Below are positions 9,865 to 20,604 of a stretch of 64,000 nt of DNA, in pieces; position 1 is the first letter of the stretch; each line of letters opens with the position of its first letter. The notes under the pieces were generated by a model. It saw nothing but the letters and a program-made list of their open reading frames with translations, made no database searches and was not told the origin of the DNA. The translations under genes were made by a program, and so were the position numbers. Origin of the DNA: Candidatus Kerfeldbacteria bacterium RIFCSPLOWO2_02_FULL_42_19 (lineage in GTDB: Bacteria > Patescibacteriota > Patescibacteriia > HO2-48-17); contig MHKF01000013.1 in NCBI GenBank assembly GCA_001818315.1, forward strand, positions 14,612 through 78,611, written 5' to 3'.

Positions 9865-10422
9865 TTACTCTTTCTGGAAGACAAGAGCGAAATGATACTT
9901 TCCTGGTGAAAAATGCTGGATTAATTTAAAACCGAGCGCTTCTGCATGCTTTTTCACAACATCCGGATCAATACGCGTATCTTTTGAAGGTCCAAAAGGC
10001 GAAGTTGCGCGACTCCAATCCGTTACGAGCAGTTTACCGCCTTTTTTGAGTAATCTCCCTGCTTCTTTGAGAATATTTTCTGGTTGCTTACTTTGATGTA
10101 AAACATTGTTTACATAGGCAAAATCGATTAATTTCTCCGGAATTTTTGCTGCGCCGTAGATTTCTAAATTTGTCCATACTGTCTGGATATTATAAAAACC
10201 TGTAAGATGCGCCTTACTTTCGATAGCTTGCAACACATGTTTTAAAATATCAGCAGCATACACCGTCCCACTTTCACCAATAATTTCAGCGGTCGCGAAG
10301 GTCCACGTACCGGTTCCCCCAACACCTAAATCAGCGACTTTATCCCCGACCGCGACGCCAATTTTTTTTAAAACAGCTGAGACATCGATGAGTGATCGGT
10401 CTGAAAGAATATGTTCCGGCAT
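9865..10422 (-). CDS. Class I SAM-dependent methyltransferase
   Basis: VADLGVGG.G motif I, VYAADI, LKKGGKLLVTDW..PFGP. Start at MPEH. Confidence 0.9.
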   Translation of the reverse strand: MPEHILSDRSLIDVSAVLKKIGVAVGDKVADLGVGGTGTWTFATAEIIGESGTVYAADILKHVLQAIESKAHLTGFYNIQTVWTNLEIYGAAKIPEKLIDFAYVNNVLHQSKQPENILKEAGRLLKKGGKLLVTDWSRATSPFGPSKDTRIDPDVVKKHAEALGFKLIQHFSPGKYHFALVFQKE

Positions 10423-10474
10423 ATTGTTGACTAAAATAAGCGGACGAGCTTTGAAATTTTTGCAAGAAAAATTT

Positions 10475-10513
10475 TCATTTTTCACAGACGAAAGCGCATT
10501 CGGCGACAGTCCC
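10475..10513. repeat. Solo MITE end (arm A)
   Basis: TTTCACAGACGAAAGCGCATTCGGCGACAGTCCC is the reverse complement of the element left end. Confidence 0.75.
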
Positions 10514-10514
10514 A

Positions 10515-11114
10515 TTATACCATAACATTTGTAAGAAAACTTCTGCGATGCCAGAGACATGGCCCGTGTTGCTTGAGTCGTCTACGATGTAACAATGTAC
10601 CGTAACCTTTGTGTTGTTCGAATGCGTATTGCGGATAGTGATACGATGCCATACGCATCATAGCATCACGACTGACCTTCGCAATGATAGAAGCCGCAGC
10701 AATACTATATACGTTTTGATCACCATCAACGATGCTTTGTCCTGGGAAAGTAAATTTTTGATCAAGGCCGTCAATGAAAGTAAATTCCGGAATGAGATGC
10801 AACGTTGTCACTGCTTGTATCATAACCTCCCGATTCGCCCAGCTAATACCGCGTGCGTCGATTGTTGTAGCGCTCAGAGAATATACAGACCAAGCAAGCG
10901 CGACTCTCGCGATGCGTTTATAAAGATGCTCACGCTGTTGTGGATTGAGTGACTTTGAATCACGAATGTTACGCAGTCTCGGTGTGCGCGGCAACACAAC
11001 AGCTGCAGCCACAATAGGTCCCGCCAAGGCACCGCGACCGACTTCGTCGACTCCTGCGATATATTGATACCCCTGTTTAAAAAACTTATTTTCGAGTTGC
11101 TGTCTTGGATGCAT
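10515..11114 (-). CDS. rnhB: Ribonuclease HII
   Basis: AGVDEVGRGALAGP, DSK, IDG, SIAAASIIAKV.RD, HKGYGT..H. Start at MHPR (11114). Confidence 0.97.
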   Translation of the reverse strand: MHPRQQLENKFFKQGYQYIAGVDEVGRGALAGPIVAAAVVLPRTPRLRNIRDSKSLNPQQREHLYKRIARVALAWSVYSLSATTIDARGISWANREVMIQAVTTLHLIPEFTFIDGLDQKFTFPGQSIVDGDQNVYSIAAASIIAKVSRDAMMRMASYHYPQYAFEQHKGYGTLLHRRRLKQHGPCLWHRRSFLTNVMV

Positions 11115-12408
11115 ACGGAGATGAAAGCGTATTCGGCGACAGACCCCATTGCGCTTGCGTTGCCTCAGCAACGCGTTCGAGCGCAACAATATATGCCGCG
11201 GTACGAAGTTCGGTTTGAAATCGTTTGTGTATATCCCAAACATGATCAAATGCTGTGGCCATGACTTCTTCGAGCTTTGCAAAGACAACATCTTTACTCC
11301 AGTGTTCTTTATGTTTGTTTTGTTCCCATTCAAAATAAGAAACAGTCACGCCGCCGGCATTTGCAAGAATGTCTGGCACAACAATGATGCCTTTTCGAGC
11401 AAGTATTTCATCTGCGTCTGGCGTCGTCGGTCCATTAGCAAGTTCCATAATGACCTGCGCGCGGATCCTTTCAGCATTCTCATGTGTAATTTGATTTTCA
11501 ATCGCCGCTGGAATGAGAATATCGCAATCACACTCCAAAAGTTCTGCATTAGAAATCGCCTGATAATGTTCGGCATCCCAACGAGTGCCGTCAAAGTACG
11601 CCCCAGATGCAAATTCTTTTTCCTTTTTCGTGCGTGCAAGATATTCAGCATTCATACCGAGACCTCGCATATCTAGAATACCTCCGTGAGAATCTGACAC
11701 TGCAATCACTCGAAATCCAGCTTCGGTCAGGAGTCGTACCATCGTTGCGCCGGCGTTGCCAAAACCCTGAATAGCAACGCGCGCGTTGTTTGGGAGTTGT
11801 AATTTTTTCCTGAGCGAATGCAGAACGAAAAATCCACCTTGTGCTGTTGCAGTATCTCGACCTTCCGAACCTCCTGCATGTAAAGGCTTGCCCGTGACTA
11901 CAGCCGGTGTCGGCGCACCGACAGAGGTACTGTACTCGTCTGCGATCCATGCCATAATCTCTGGTGTTGTATATACATCCGGCGCTGGAACATCTTTATC
12001 TGGACCAATCACGTCTTGTAACGCTCTGGTAAATCCACGCGACAGTCGCTCAAGTTCGCCTCGAGATAATTGACGTGTATCCACAGTAATCCCGCCTTTT
12101 CCGCCACCGAATGGAATGCCAACAACAGCACATTTCCATGTCATCCACGCCGCGAGAGCCTTGATTTCATCCATATTTGTTTCGGGATGAAAACGTAATC
12201 CCCCTTTGTACGGCCCACGCGCATTATTGTATTGCACACGAAATCCATGAAAAATGCGCGGTTGTCCGTTATCCATACGCACAGGGAAAAAAACTTCAAT
12301 CGTGCGGTTCGGTCGCTTGAGTATTTCGTAGAGATCGTCGTCGATTTTATGAAGTGTTGTAGCCTTTTCCAATTGCTGGAGAGCGTGTTCAAAGGGGTTG
12401 TATGACAT
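11086..12408 (-). CDS. gdhA: Glu/Leu/Phe/Val (glutamate) dehydrogenase
   Basis: GPYKGGLRFHP, GGGKGG, DVPAPDV, QGFGNAG, ANAGGVTVSYFEW. Confidence 0.95.
   Translation of the reverse strand: MSYNPFEHALQQLEKATTLHKIDDDLYEILKRPNRTIEVFFPVRMDNGQPRIFHGFRVQYNNARGPYKGGLRFHPETNMDEIKALAAWMTWKCAVVGIPFGGGKGGITVDTRQLSRGELERLSRGFTRALQDVIGPDKDVPAPDVYTTPEIMAWIADEYSTSVGAPTPAVVTGKPLHAGGSEGRDTATAQGGFFVLHSLRKKLQLPNNARVAIQGFGNAGATMVRLLTEAGFRVIAVSDSHGGILDMRGLGMNAEYLARTKKEKEFASGAYFDGTRWDAEHYQAISNAELLECDCDILIPAAIENQITHENAERIRAQVIMELANGPTTPDADEILARKGIIVVPDILANAGGVTVSYFEWEQNKHKEHWSKDVVFAKLEEVMATAFDHVWDIHKRFQTELRTAAYIVALERVAEATQAQWGLSPNTLSSPYASKTATRK
11119..11146. repeat. Solo MITE end inside the gdhA 3' end
   Basis: AGATGAAAGCGTATTCGGCGACAGACCC matches the element terminus. 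Confidence 0.75.
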
Positions 12409-12428
12409 ACAACAATTGAAAGGATGAA

Positions 12429-13397
12429 TTATTTTGTAAAGCCCCAGTCAGGAATTACAACACTGCGTTTCCCTTGTCTGAGCTGTATATATTTATAGGC
12501 AGCGAGAGCGGCTTTAGCGCCTTCCCCTGCCGAGATCACAACTTGTTTATATTCGAGTGTTGTGGCATCACCTGCCGCAAAAATTCCGGGTGTTGAAGTT
12601 TCACAATGTTGGTTGACTATAACTTGCTGACGCTTATCTAAAGTCACAAGATCTTTAACCCACGCAGATTTTACGATATACCCCATCTCAACGAAGATGC
12701 CATCGAGATTAATAGTGCGTATTACTGATGCCGCATCTTGTACCTTAATGCCTGCAACTTGCTCCTTACCGAGTATTTCAAGTACACGCGTTTCAAGGTG
12801 TATGGTGATATTGTGAGTCTGTTCCACTTTTGATTTGAGGATGGGATTTCCCGAAAGCGCGGTGCCTTGATGGATGAGATACACTTTTTTACAAAGACGA
12901 CTGAGTGATTCGCTGGCATCCAGTGCGCCGATGCTGCCCCCTGCGACCGCGACAATTTTACCTTTAAAAAACGAGCCATCGCACGTTGGACAATACGAAA
13001 CACCTCGACCGCGCAATTGCGTTTCTCCCGGTACTCCGAGATCTCGTGGCGTCAATCCAAAGGCAAGAATGACTGTGTGCGTTATAAACATCGCGGTTGG
13101 CGTGTGCACGGAAAATGTTTCGTCTTCGCATTTTGTAAGTCCAGTGACTTCCTGAAATTCAAGCCTTGCTCCAAATTTTTGTGCTTGCTTTGCAAAAGCG
13201 TCCATGATGTCGAATCCGTTCATGAGCGGAAGCCCAGGATAATTTTCAATTTCCGGTGTACGCGCCGCTTGTCCGCCAAGATCTTTGGTGACTAAAAGTA
13301 CTTTCAATCCTCGCCTCGCAGCATACAGCGCAGCAGATAATCCTGCTGGTCCACCGCCGACAATAATAACATCGTAAAGTGTCGTATCCGATTGCAT
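12429..13397 (-). CDS. trxB: Thioredoxin reductase
   Basis: GGGPAGLSAA, GVSYCPTCDG (CxxC), PGIFAAGD. Confidence 0.93.
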   Translation of the reverse strand: MQSDTTLYDVIIVGGGPAGLSAALYAARRGLKVLLVTKDLGGQAARTPEIENYPGLPLMNGFDIMDAFAKQAQKFGARLEFQEVTGLTKCEDETFSVHTPTAMFITHTVILAFGLTPRDLGVPGETQLRGRGVSYCPTCDGSFFKGKIVAVAGGSIGALDASESLSRLCKKVYLIHQGTALSGNPILKSKVEQTHNITIHLETRVLEILGKEQVAGIKVQDAASVIRTINLDGIFVEMGYIVKSAWVKDLVTLDKRQQVIVNQHCETSTPGIFAAGDATTLEYKQVVISAGEGAKAALAAYKYIQLRQGKRSVVIPDWGFTK

Positions 13398-13400
13398 ACA

Positions 13401-13727
13401 TTAGGCCATACTCGCGTCGAGCGATTCTGTGATTTTACTTTTATCTTGGACACCGATCAACTGCTCGAGAACTTTCCCATCTTTAAAAATGAGGAGTGTT
13501 GGAATGCTCATAATACCAAATTGACTCGCAGTTTGAGGATTTTCATCCACATTCAATTTGCCAACTTTTATATTTTTTCCTTCATACTCTTTCGCGACTT
13601 CTTCAACAATCGGTCCAAGAATCTTGCACGGGCCACACCAGGGAGCCCAAAAATCAACCAGTACAGGCGTTTGAGACATGATCACTTCTTTCTCAAAATT
13701 TTGATCAGTGAGTATAAGTTCTGACAT
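13401..13727 (-). CDS. trxA: Thioredoxin
   Basis: [12 protein letters not shown]. Confidence 0.97.
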   Translation of the reverse strand: MSELILTDQNFEKEVIMSQTPVLVDFWAPWCGPCKILGPIVEEVAKEYEGKNIKVGKLNVDENPQTASQFGIMSIPTLLIFKDGKVLEQLIGVQDKSKITESLDASMA

Positions 13728-13860
13728 AGTAAAATAAATGCAAAGTTAAGTAGGAGTATTATAGCATAGCTGCTCCTCTTGTCAGCATGCTGCAGTCATA
13801 TTACCATACGTACAACGAACGCACATTTCAATAACCTTCCTACAGAAAAGGAATACAACC

Positions 13861-14622
13861 ATGACGGAACTGATGATTTCTGAAGGTCGAAAAGAAGTTC
13901 AGGATCTCAAATTTTGGAACAGAGCGTCAAGGTGGTTGCCCCGAACTACTGTACTTTTTGTGATTGCGGTGGTGAATTTTCTTATACAAGCGCTCGACGC
14001 ATCGTCTTTTTCACCGTTCAGTTTACACTTGCCGTTTTATTCGACGATCGTTAGCGTGCTCACAGCAATACCCGCGGTGCTCTTTTACCTACAACGGAGC
14101 TCATGTTCACTCCCTTCCTGGATTGTGGATCGAATACCTGAAATTCTTCAGCTCATTCGAACTCACAATGAAGCAGCAAGAGGCTTTACAAGTCTCCTTC
14201 AGGCACAAGCGCTTGCGCATGGTGAGAATCCCGAGATTGTGAGAGATCTGAAACGGCAAAAAAATTTTTTAGAGTTGCGTAAAGTTCGACTCGAACGAGC
14301 GCTCGCTTTTTTAGAAGCTCTGAAAGGTTGTGTTGATAGTACACTTGATCGATTTGAGTCGGCGCTACCACCAACGACGTTTGGTCCAAAAGAACTTCAA
14401 CAGGCATTCGAGGCACTTCTTGACGCATGCCAAATCAAACCTGAAGAAGTTTCGTTACTTATGGATCCTGAGAACCGATCTCTTGACTTCACACGATCGG
14501 ACGTGACACAACTCAGAGCAGTACTGCGCACAGAACGATCACTTCTAAGAGGCCAGACTCTCCTTCACCTTGCAGATGATCTCGATAGTGATGATGCTGA
14601 TGAACCTGATGAGCCAAAGTAA
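13861..14622 (+). CDS. Hypothetical protein, two N-terminal TM helices and helical C-terminus
   Basis: 253-aa ORF with AAAGGA RBS. No family recognised. Confidence 0.6.
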   Translation: MTELMISEGRKEVQDLKFWNRASRWLPRTTVLFVIAVVNFLIQALDASSFSPFSLHLPFYSTIVSVLTAIPAVLFYLQRSSCSLPSWIVDRIPEILQLIRTHNEAARGFTSLLQAQALAHGENPEIVRDLKRQKNFLELRKVRLERALAFLEALKGCVDSTLDRFESALPPTTFGPKELQQAFEALLDACQIKPEEVSLLMDPENRSLDFTRSDVTQLRAVLRTERSLLRGQTLLHLADDLDSDDADEPDEPK

Positions 14623-14699
14623 GGATCGAAAAGGAGGGTGCTGCATGGACGCGCAATTTCATTAGGGGAGCTTTTGCGTAATAAAGCTTTCCTACTCGT

Positions 14700-14771
<72 letters not shown>

Positions 14772-14872
14772 CATAATATACCTCGTTGTTCATTTGAGAA
14801 TGAAACTGAGTGCATTATAATCTTTCAGCGGTTTACAAAACTGCCTGATAAGATACAATGTTAAAATAATCC

Positions 14873-14944
14873 GCGGGTATCGTATAACGGTCATTATGCA
14901 TCCTTGCCAAGGATGAGAGACGGGTTCAATTCCCGTTACCCGCT
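14873..14944 (+). tRNA. tRNA-Gly(GCC)
   Basis: GCGGGTA/TACCCGC acceptor, CATCC-TTGCCAA-GGATG arm. Confidence 0.95.
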
Positions 14945-15066
14945 CAATTCCAAAGCAGTTCAGCGCATACGATACACTGCTTGTTTTCTGAAAGTTATGA
15001 AGTATTTTTTTACTGCGTTCTTTGTTATACTATAAAAAAGTTGGATTTAATATCTATTTTCCTTTC

Positions 15067-16812
15067 ATGAATTCGAACAACAAAGATACTTATAATAACT
15101 CAGAATCCTCTACTACAAGCGAGGTATCTGACGCCCAAGAGAGTCATGTTGAAATTTCTTCGGATCTCACGAAACAAACACTCACTCGCAAGATGCAAGA
15201 TATAGAGATTCAAAGAAAAGAAGAACTCACCGAAGAGCGAGGCACGCAACTCGGCATGCATTACATTAATCTCCTTGGCTTCCCTATTGGACCAGAGACA
15301 CTTGCCGTCATACCGGAAAAATTCGCCCGCCAATACCGAGTGATTTGTTTTTTTAAAGACGAGGCTCAAATTCGTATTGCCGCTCTTGAACCACAGGATT
15401 CTGGTATTCAAAAAATTGTAAGCGATTTTCAAAAAACCTTCCCGCTTTCCCACATTGAAGTTTATATCTTTTCTGAACACAGCTTCGAAAAAGCGGTCGA
15501 ACTCTATAAAGCACTTCCGAAATTTAAGCCCATTTCAAAGGAACTGGCACTTGATCAAGCAACACTCGAACGATTCCAAAAAGAAATTACAAACTTTGAT
15601 ATTTTTCAAAAACGTTTACAAACCGGCACTGTTTCCGAAAAACTAGCGCTCATTATTGCTGCTGCGATTCGTGCAGAAAGTTCCGATATTCATATTCAAT
15701 CAGAAGCAAACGAAGGTTCTATTCGATTTCGAATTGACGGAGTCTTGCAAATCGTTGGCACGCTCCCTAAAGCAGTCGTAACGAAATTAGTGAATCGCAT
15801 TAAATCAATCGCGGGTTTGAAAATTAACATTACCGATGTACCGCAAGATGGCCGCGTGACAGTGGAATTAGGAAACGAAAAACTTGATGTACGTGTTTCA
15901 AGTCTGCCGAGTGCATACGGCGAAAGTATCGTGATGCGATTACTTCTTGCAAATATCGTCCACCTCAGCTTCCAGGATCTTGGGCTGCGCGGCAAAGCGT
16001 TTGATGATTTGAAACGCGAAATTGGACGACCGAACGGTATGATTCTTACTACCGGTCCTACTGGCTCAGGTAAAACCACAACTATGTATGCTATGCTGCG
16101 GCAACTAAATAAACCAGAAGTGAAGATTGTCACTTTAGAGGACCCGATTGAGTATAAACTACCAGGCATTACACAAAGCCAAGTGAGTTACAGTAAAAAT
16201 TATACGTTCGCCAAAGGTCTTCGGGCTATTCTTCGACAGGATCCTGATATTGTGATGGTGGGAGAAATACGCGATGCGGAGACTGCTGAAATTAGTGTCC
16301 AAGCGGCTCTCACTGGCCATCTTGTACTTTCCACTATCCACACCAATGATGCCTCCGGAGCTGTGCCACGATTTCTCTCTATGGGTGTCAGACCTTTTCT
16401 CCTCGCGCCGGCACTGAATACGATTGTTGGGCAGCGCCTTGTGCGTAAAATTTGTCCGCATTGTAAAGTTCCTGATGATACTTTGAGCGAAGCAACACTT
16501 GAGACGGTACGAAGTATTATTGCAGATATCCCAGAGTCCTCTCAAACACGCGTGGATCTGTCGAATATGAAATTCTATCATGGAAAAGGTTGCGCACAAT
16601 GTCATAATGGACTCCGTGGGCGCATCGGCATTTTTGAGGTCTTGATAATGAATGAGAATATTGAGCGCGTGTTACTTTCTGAAGAAGTTTCAGAATATCG
16701 CATGAAGGATCTTGCTCATGAATACGGCATGATTACAATGGTGCAGGATGGACTCATTAAAGCATTAAATGGCATTACAACTGTTGCCGAAGTATTTCGT
16801 GTTGTACAATAA
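15067..16812 (+). CDS. GspE/PilB family type IV pilus assembly ATPase
   Basis: SDIHI, PQDGR, Walker A GPTGSGKTTT, LRQDPDIVMVGEIRD, CxxC pairs. Start at MNSN. Confidence 0.95.
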   Translation: MNSNNKDTYNNSESSTTSEVSDAQESHVEISSDLTKQTLTRKMQDIEIQRKEELTEERGTQLGMHYINLLGFPIGPETLAVIPEKFARQYRVICFFKDEAQIRIAALEPQDSGIQKIVSDFQKTFPLSHIEVYIFSEHSFEKAVELYKALPKFKPISKELALDQATLERFQKEITNFDIFQKRLQTGTVSEKLALIIAAAIRAESSDIHIQSEANEGSIRFRIDGVLQIVGTLPKAVVTKLVNRIKSIAGLKINITDVPQDGRVTVELGNEKLDVRVSSLPSAYGESIVMRLLLANIVHLSFQDLGLRGKAFDDLKREIGRPNGMILTTGPTGSGKTTTMYAMLRQLNKPEVKIVTLEDPIEYKLPGITQSQVSYSKNYTFAKGLRAILRQDPDIVMVGEIRDAETAEISVQAALTGHLVLSTIHTNDASGAVPRFLSMGVRPFLLAPALNTIVGQRLVRKICPHCKVPDDTLSEATLETVRSIIADIPESSQTRVDLSNMKFYHGKGCAQCHNGLRGRIGIFEVLIMNENIERVLLSEEVSEYRMKDLAHEYGMITMVQDGLIKALNGITTVAEVFRVVQ

Positions 16813-16872
16813 ATTATGAGTAGCGTATTAATCCTATGTTATATGTTTTCTTCAAATACGTTGTCACAATAA

Positions 16873-17034
16873 AGGACTGTCGCCGAATGTTATTTCTTGT
16901 TCAAGACACAAAATAAAGAAGAGGATGACTCTCCTTTCTCAGCACACTGTGCAGTGTTAGTGCTTCGAAAGCGAGAGTCATCCTCTTCTTTTGTTTTGCA
17001 CATTGCATAAGAAACGGCATTCGGCGACAGTCTC
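16873..17034. mobile_element. MITE-like fold-back element (arm B - GCAC core - arm B)
   Basis: GACTGTCGCCGAATG/CATTCGGCGACAGTC termini, internal GAAGAGGATGACTCTC/GAGAGTCATCCTCTTC stem. Lies between convergent genes. Confidence 0.85.
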
Positions 17035-17036
17035 TA

Positions 17037-18089
17037 TCAATGAGATAATTCCCAATCGGCACGTACTGTGAGTTGCAGAGGATCTGAAAAATTCCCTACA
17101 AGAAAATGATGAATTGCTGCGAGTGCTACCATCGTAGCATTATCGGTACATAAGTGTTTCGGCGGTACAAAAAATGGAATCCCGATTTTTTGACTATGTC
17201 TTCGTAACACAGCCCGTAGTTTTTGATTTGCAGCAACTCCACCGACTAACAAAACAGTTTGTGCCTTCACCTCGCGCACTGCTCGCAAGGTTTTCGTGAC
17301 GAGCAGTTCCACAACAGCATCTTGAAATGCATTACAGATGACAGCACGTTCATGAATACTACGTGGTGGATGTTGTGCGACATAGTAACGCACCGCTGTT
17401 TTTAATCCCGCGAAGCTCATATCGAAACTTTGATCTTCAATCATCGGACGCGGAAATCGCACCGATGATGATGGGCGTGAATGTACGGAGCGTGCGCATT
17501 TCGCAATGGCCGGTCCACCTGGGTATTCTAAATGCAGTATTTTTGCGACTTTATCAAAGGCCTCTCCAACCGCGTCATCTCGTGTTCTACCTACAAGGGT
17601 ATAGACACCAACACGAGGTATCAGAATCAATTCTGTATGCCCACCAGATACTACAAGTGCGAGCGCTGGGAATCGTATGTGTTTCCCAGAAGTAAACGTT
17701 GCAGCAATGTGTGATTCGATGTGATTCATCGCTAGAAGCGGTTTTTTAAAAACAAACGCAATGGTTTTTGCAGTCTCCACTCCCACCATAAGTGATGTAA
17801 TCAATCCAGGTCCGGCAGTAACGGCAATTGCATCAATATCTTCCATGCATTTGCTACCGTGGCGTAGAACGCGATCGATGCAAGGGAGTACTGCCGGCAC
17901 GTGTTGCCGTGCCGCGACTTCTGGTACGACTCCTTGTGTTTTTTGATGCAACGCGATCTGAGACTGGACACTCTGTCCGAGTATATGAATACACCGAGGC
18001 ATTCCATTCACGAATGTTTCTTTTGTAAAAGCGACGATGCTTGCCGCGGTTTCATCACATGAAGTTTCAAGAGCAAGAATATGATACAT
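17037..18089 (-). CDS. tsaD: tRNA N6-adenosine threonylcarbamoyltransferase
   Basis: ILALETSCDET, VVPEVAARQH, NHIESH, VSGGHT, DDAVGEAFDK, CTDNATM. Confidence 0.97.
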   Translation of the reverse strand: MYHILALETSCDETAASIVAFTKETFVNGMPRCIHILGQSVQSQIALHQKTQGVVPEVAARQHVPAVLPCIDRVLRHGSKCMEDIDAIAVTAGPGLITSLMVGVETAKTIAFVFKKPLLAMNHIESHIAATFTSGKHIRFPALALVVSGGHTELILIPRVGVYTLVGRTRDDAVGEAFDKVAKILHLEYPGGPAIAKCARSVHSRPSSSVRFPRPMIEDQSFDMSFAGLKTAVRYYVAQHPPRSIHERAVICNAFQDAVVELLVTKTLRAVREVKAQTVLLVGGVAANQKLRAVLRRHSQKIGIPFFVPPKHLCTDNATMVALAAIHHFLVGNFSDPLQLTVRADWELSH

Positions 18090-18205
18090 ATTTTTCATTT
18101 GCAAAAAGAGAGTGATTAGTTGAGTGTATAATGCTTAGACGTTTGATTTTTACTATTTTTTATGGTACAATGAAAGTAGTTCTAAAAATTAAAATTCATA
18201 AACGT

Positions 18206-20224
18206 ATGCACAATTACGTTAAATCCCTTCTCGTGATCAGTGGGATTCTGTTCATTCCGAGTGTAACACATGCGGCTTTTGGTGACACGTCGACTTACTT
18301 TAGCCGGCAATATAATGCAGAAAATAGTGGTCTGCCTCCTTTGAAATCGTATCTTGATATGTCCCGATCTTTCGCAAAAAGTACCAAAAGCGATATTTTT
18401 ATTGCTGACACACAAAATAATGTCATTCGGTACTGGAAAATAAGACCTGATAAAGTCGCAACCTTTGCTGGTAACGGTCAATACGGCACGACCGATGGCG
18501 CTCGTCTTCTTGCAAATTTCCATAATCCCATGGGGATTACGATCGCGAACAACAATGATATGTATATTGTTGATACTGGAAATAGTACTATTCGCCGTAT
18601 TCGCGCTGCCACAGATAAAGATGGTGATGGATATGGAGACATGGTTGAAACTATTGTTGAAAAAAATGCTGGTTTACGAAGACCTCAGGGTCTTACCATT
18701 CGAGACAATGTTCTTTTTATCACTGATACAGGAAATAATCGAGTAGTACAAACTTCTTTGAATGGCGGGGTTCTGAAAGTTGTAGCCGATCGAATGCCAA
18801 CGCCATCGAAAATTGATTGGTATGGCAATCGCCTTTTCGTCATGCTGGAAGGCAATCAGTCTATCGAAGAATTTCATCTGAACGGAGTGCGAACCACGCA
18901 TAATCGACTTGTTGGTGGATTCCAGGACCTTGGTGCCATGCGCGTAGATGGCCGCTTCCTCTATGTTGCTGCCGGACGACAAGGAGTTTGGAATGAAATT
19001 TGGAAAATCGATCTTTTGGGTCCAAGGAATAAAAAACGACTTCTTGAAAGGCGTCGAGAAACAGAAATGCTTAATGATGCTTCCGACATGCTCTTCCGAA
19101 AAAATAAAGGTAAGAAAGAGCTCCTTATGCTCTTTAAAGGCGGCTCAAGTATTTTCCGCTTTGACGCAAAAGACGGCGCTAACGAAAAAATAGTCGTTGG
19201 TAAACAGCGGTACATGCATGAAATGGGGAGTAAATCGAATACACTCATCGGCAGACCAATTGACCTCATTCTTTCTCCTGATAAAACTCGCCTTCTCATG
19301 ACTGCGAATGACCGCATCCTCGAATTTAACCTGCTCACCGAAAAGTCACGTTTTATTGCTGGAAGCCCAATGGATAATTATGAAGAGGGTACGGGCGCTG
19401 AGGTACGCATGTCTGATCCTACGCAAATTGTCATGAAATCTGATGGAAAAACGCTCTACTTCGTGGACAGAAATAATCATCGCATTCGGAGTATCAATAC
19501 TTCGACAGGCGCAACTAAGTATCTGACTGGCGCTGGAGAAATCAATGCTTTTCGTTCCAATAATGGCTACCAAGAAGGTGGTCCATGCCCAACGACCTTT
19601 AAACCAAAAGCGAAGGGATGTGCATATTTTAATCGTCCTACGGGTATTGCACTCTCCAAAGATCAAAAGACACTCTATATTGCTGACGGTTCAAACAACC
19701 GAATCCGTATGGTGACTATTGCCACAGGGAAAACGAAACTCATTGCGGGTTCAGGAGTTGCCGGCTTTAAAGATGGTATGGGTGCTAGTGCCAAGTTTAA
19801 TGGCCCATATACTTTAGCGCTTTCTAGCGATGGCAAATTCCTCTTTACAGCGGATAAATACAATCATGCCATTCGAAAAATTGATCTCAGCAATAATAAC
19901 GTCACAACATTGGTAGGTAAAGGCAAAGCAGGATACCGCGATGGCAATCTTGTGGATGCTTACTTGAATATTCCAGAATATCTACACATGGGCTCTGATG
20001 GAAAATTGTATTTTACCGAAGCTGGTAATTTCCGCATTCGAGTTATTGATTTTACCGCTGGCAAAACATATCTTGTCTCTGGTATCGGGGATCGCGGAGT
20101 AGCTGATGGTAACATAAGTGTCGCCACATGGGGACAACCTAAAGGTATAGTTCTGAAAGGCACAACATTGTTTGTTGCGGATTATCTCAACGACAAAGTC
20201 CGGAAGATTGATGTAGGACAATAA
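18206..20224 (+). CDS. Secreted NHL-repeat beta-propeller protein
   Basis: Signal peptide; repeats F..P.GI...LYIAD..NNRIR, AG.G..GF.DG. Start at MHNY. Confidence 0.9.
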   Translation: MHNYVKSLLVISGILFIPSVTHAAFGDTSTYFSRQYNAENSGLPPLKSYLDMSRSFAKSTKSDIFIADTQNNVIRYWKIRPDKVATFAGNGQYGTTDGARLLANFHNPMGITIANNNDMYIVDTGNSTIRRIRAATDKDGDGYGDMVETIVEKNAGLRRPQGLTIRDNVLFITDTGNNRVVQTSLNGGVLKVVADRMPTPSKIDWYGNRLFVMLEGNQSIEEFHLNGVRTTHNRLVGGFQDLGAMRVDGRFLYVAAGRQGVWNEIWKIDLLGPRNKKRLLERRRETEMLNDASDMLFRKNKGKKELLMLFKGGSSIFRFDAKDGANEKIVVGKQRYMHEMGSKSNTLIGRPIDLILSPDKTRLLMTANDRILEFNLLTEKSRFIAGSPMDNYEEGTGAEVRMSDPTQIVMKSDGKTLYFVDRNNHRIRSINTSTGATKYLTGAGEINAFRSNNGYQEGGPCPTTFKPKAKGCAYFNRPTGIALSKDQKTLYIADGSNNRIRMVTIATGKTKLIAGSGVAGFKDGMGASAKFNGPYTLALSSDGKFLFTADKYNHAIRKIDLSNNNVTTLVGKGKAGYRDGNLVDAYLNIPEYLHMGSDGKLYFTEAGNFRIRVIDFTAGKTYLVSGIGDRGVADGNISVATWGQPKGIVLKGTTLFVADYLNDKVRKIDVGQ

Positions 20225-20276
20225 GAAAGTTTTGGTAAACGATCTTCTCGATTCAGTCTCCGGTTCCACAGCTTAC

Positions 20277-20302
20277 AAAAACTGCCAATAACGGCAGTTT
20301 TT
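20277..20302 (+). terminator. Intrinsic terminator
   Basis: AAAAACTGCC-AATAAC-GGCAGTTTTT hairpin after the NHL gene. Confidence 0.65.
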
Positions 20303-20321
20303 GTATTTCGAGTTGTATTTT

Positions 20322-20484
20322 AAGATAGTCGCCGAAGATCGTTTCTTATCCAAAGTAAAAAATAAAAGAGGAGGAAGACTCTTGCTTTCGAAGCACTCAC
20401 ACTGCATAGTGTGCTGAGAAAGGAGAGTCTGCCCCCTCTTTTGTTATGCGCATTGCACAGGAAACGATATTTGGCGACTATCTC
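20322..20484. mobile_element. MITE-like fold-back element (arm B - inverted GCAC core - arm B), 163 bp
   Basis: AGATAGTCGCC/GGCGACTATCT termini, flanked by ATTTT direct repeat. Confidence 0.85.
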
Positions 20485-20542
20485 ATTTTGTGAGATAAGC
20501 TCGAGTTATTGCCCTTGCGGCGATGACGCCAAAAATTCATCT

Positions 20543-20571
20543 TTGACACCTGTATGAAAAATTGTTATATT
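20543..20571 (+). promoter_or_regulatory. Sigma70 promoter for tRNA-Glu
   Basis: TTGACA-17 bp-TATATT with extended -10 TG. Confidence 0.7.
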
Positions 20572-20604
20572 TTGCTTACTTAGGCTTGAAAATGCCTTGA
20601 TCAA

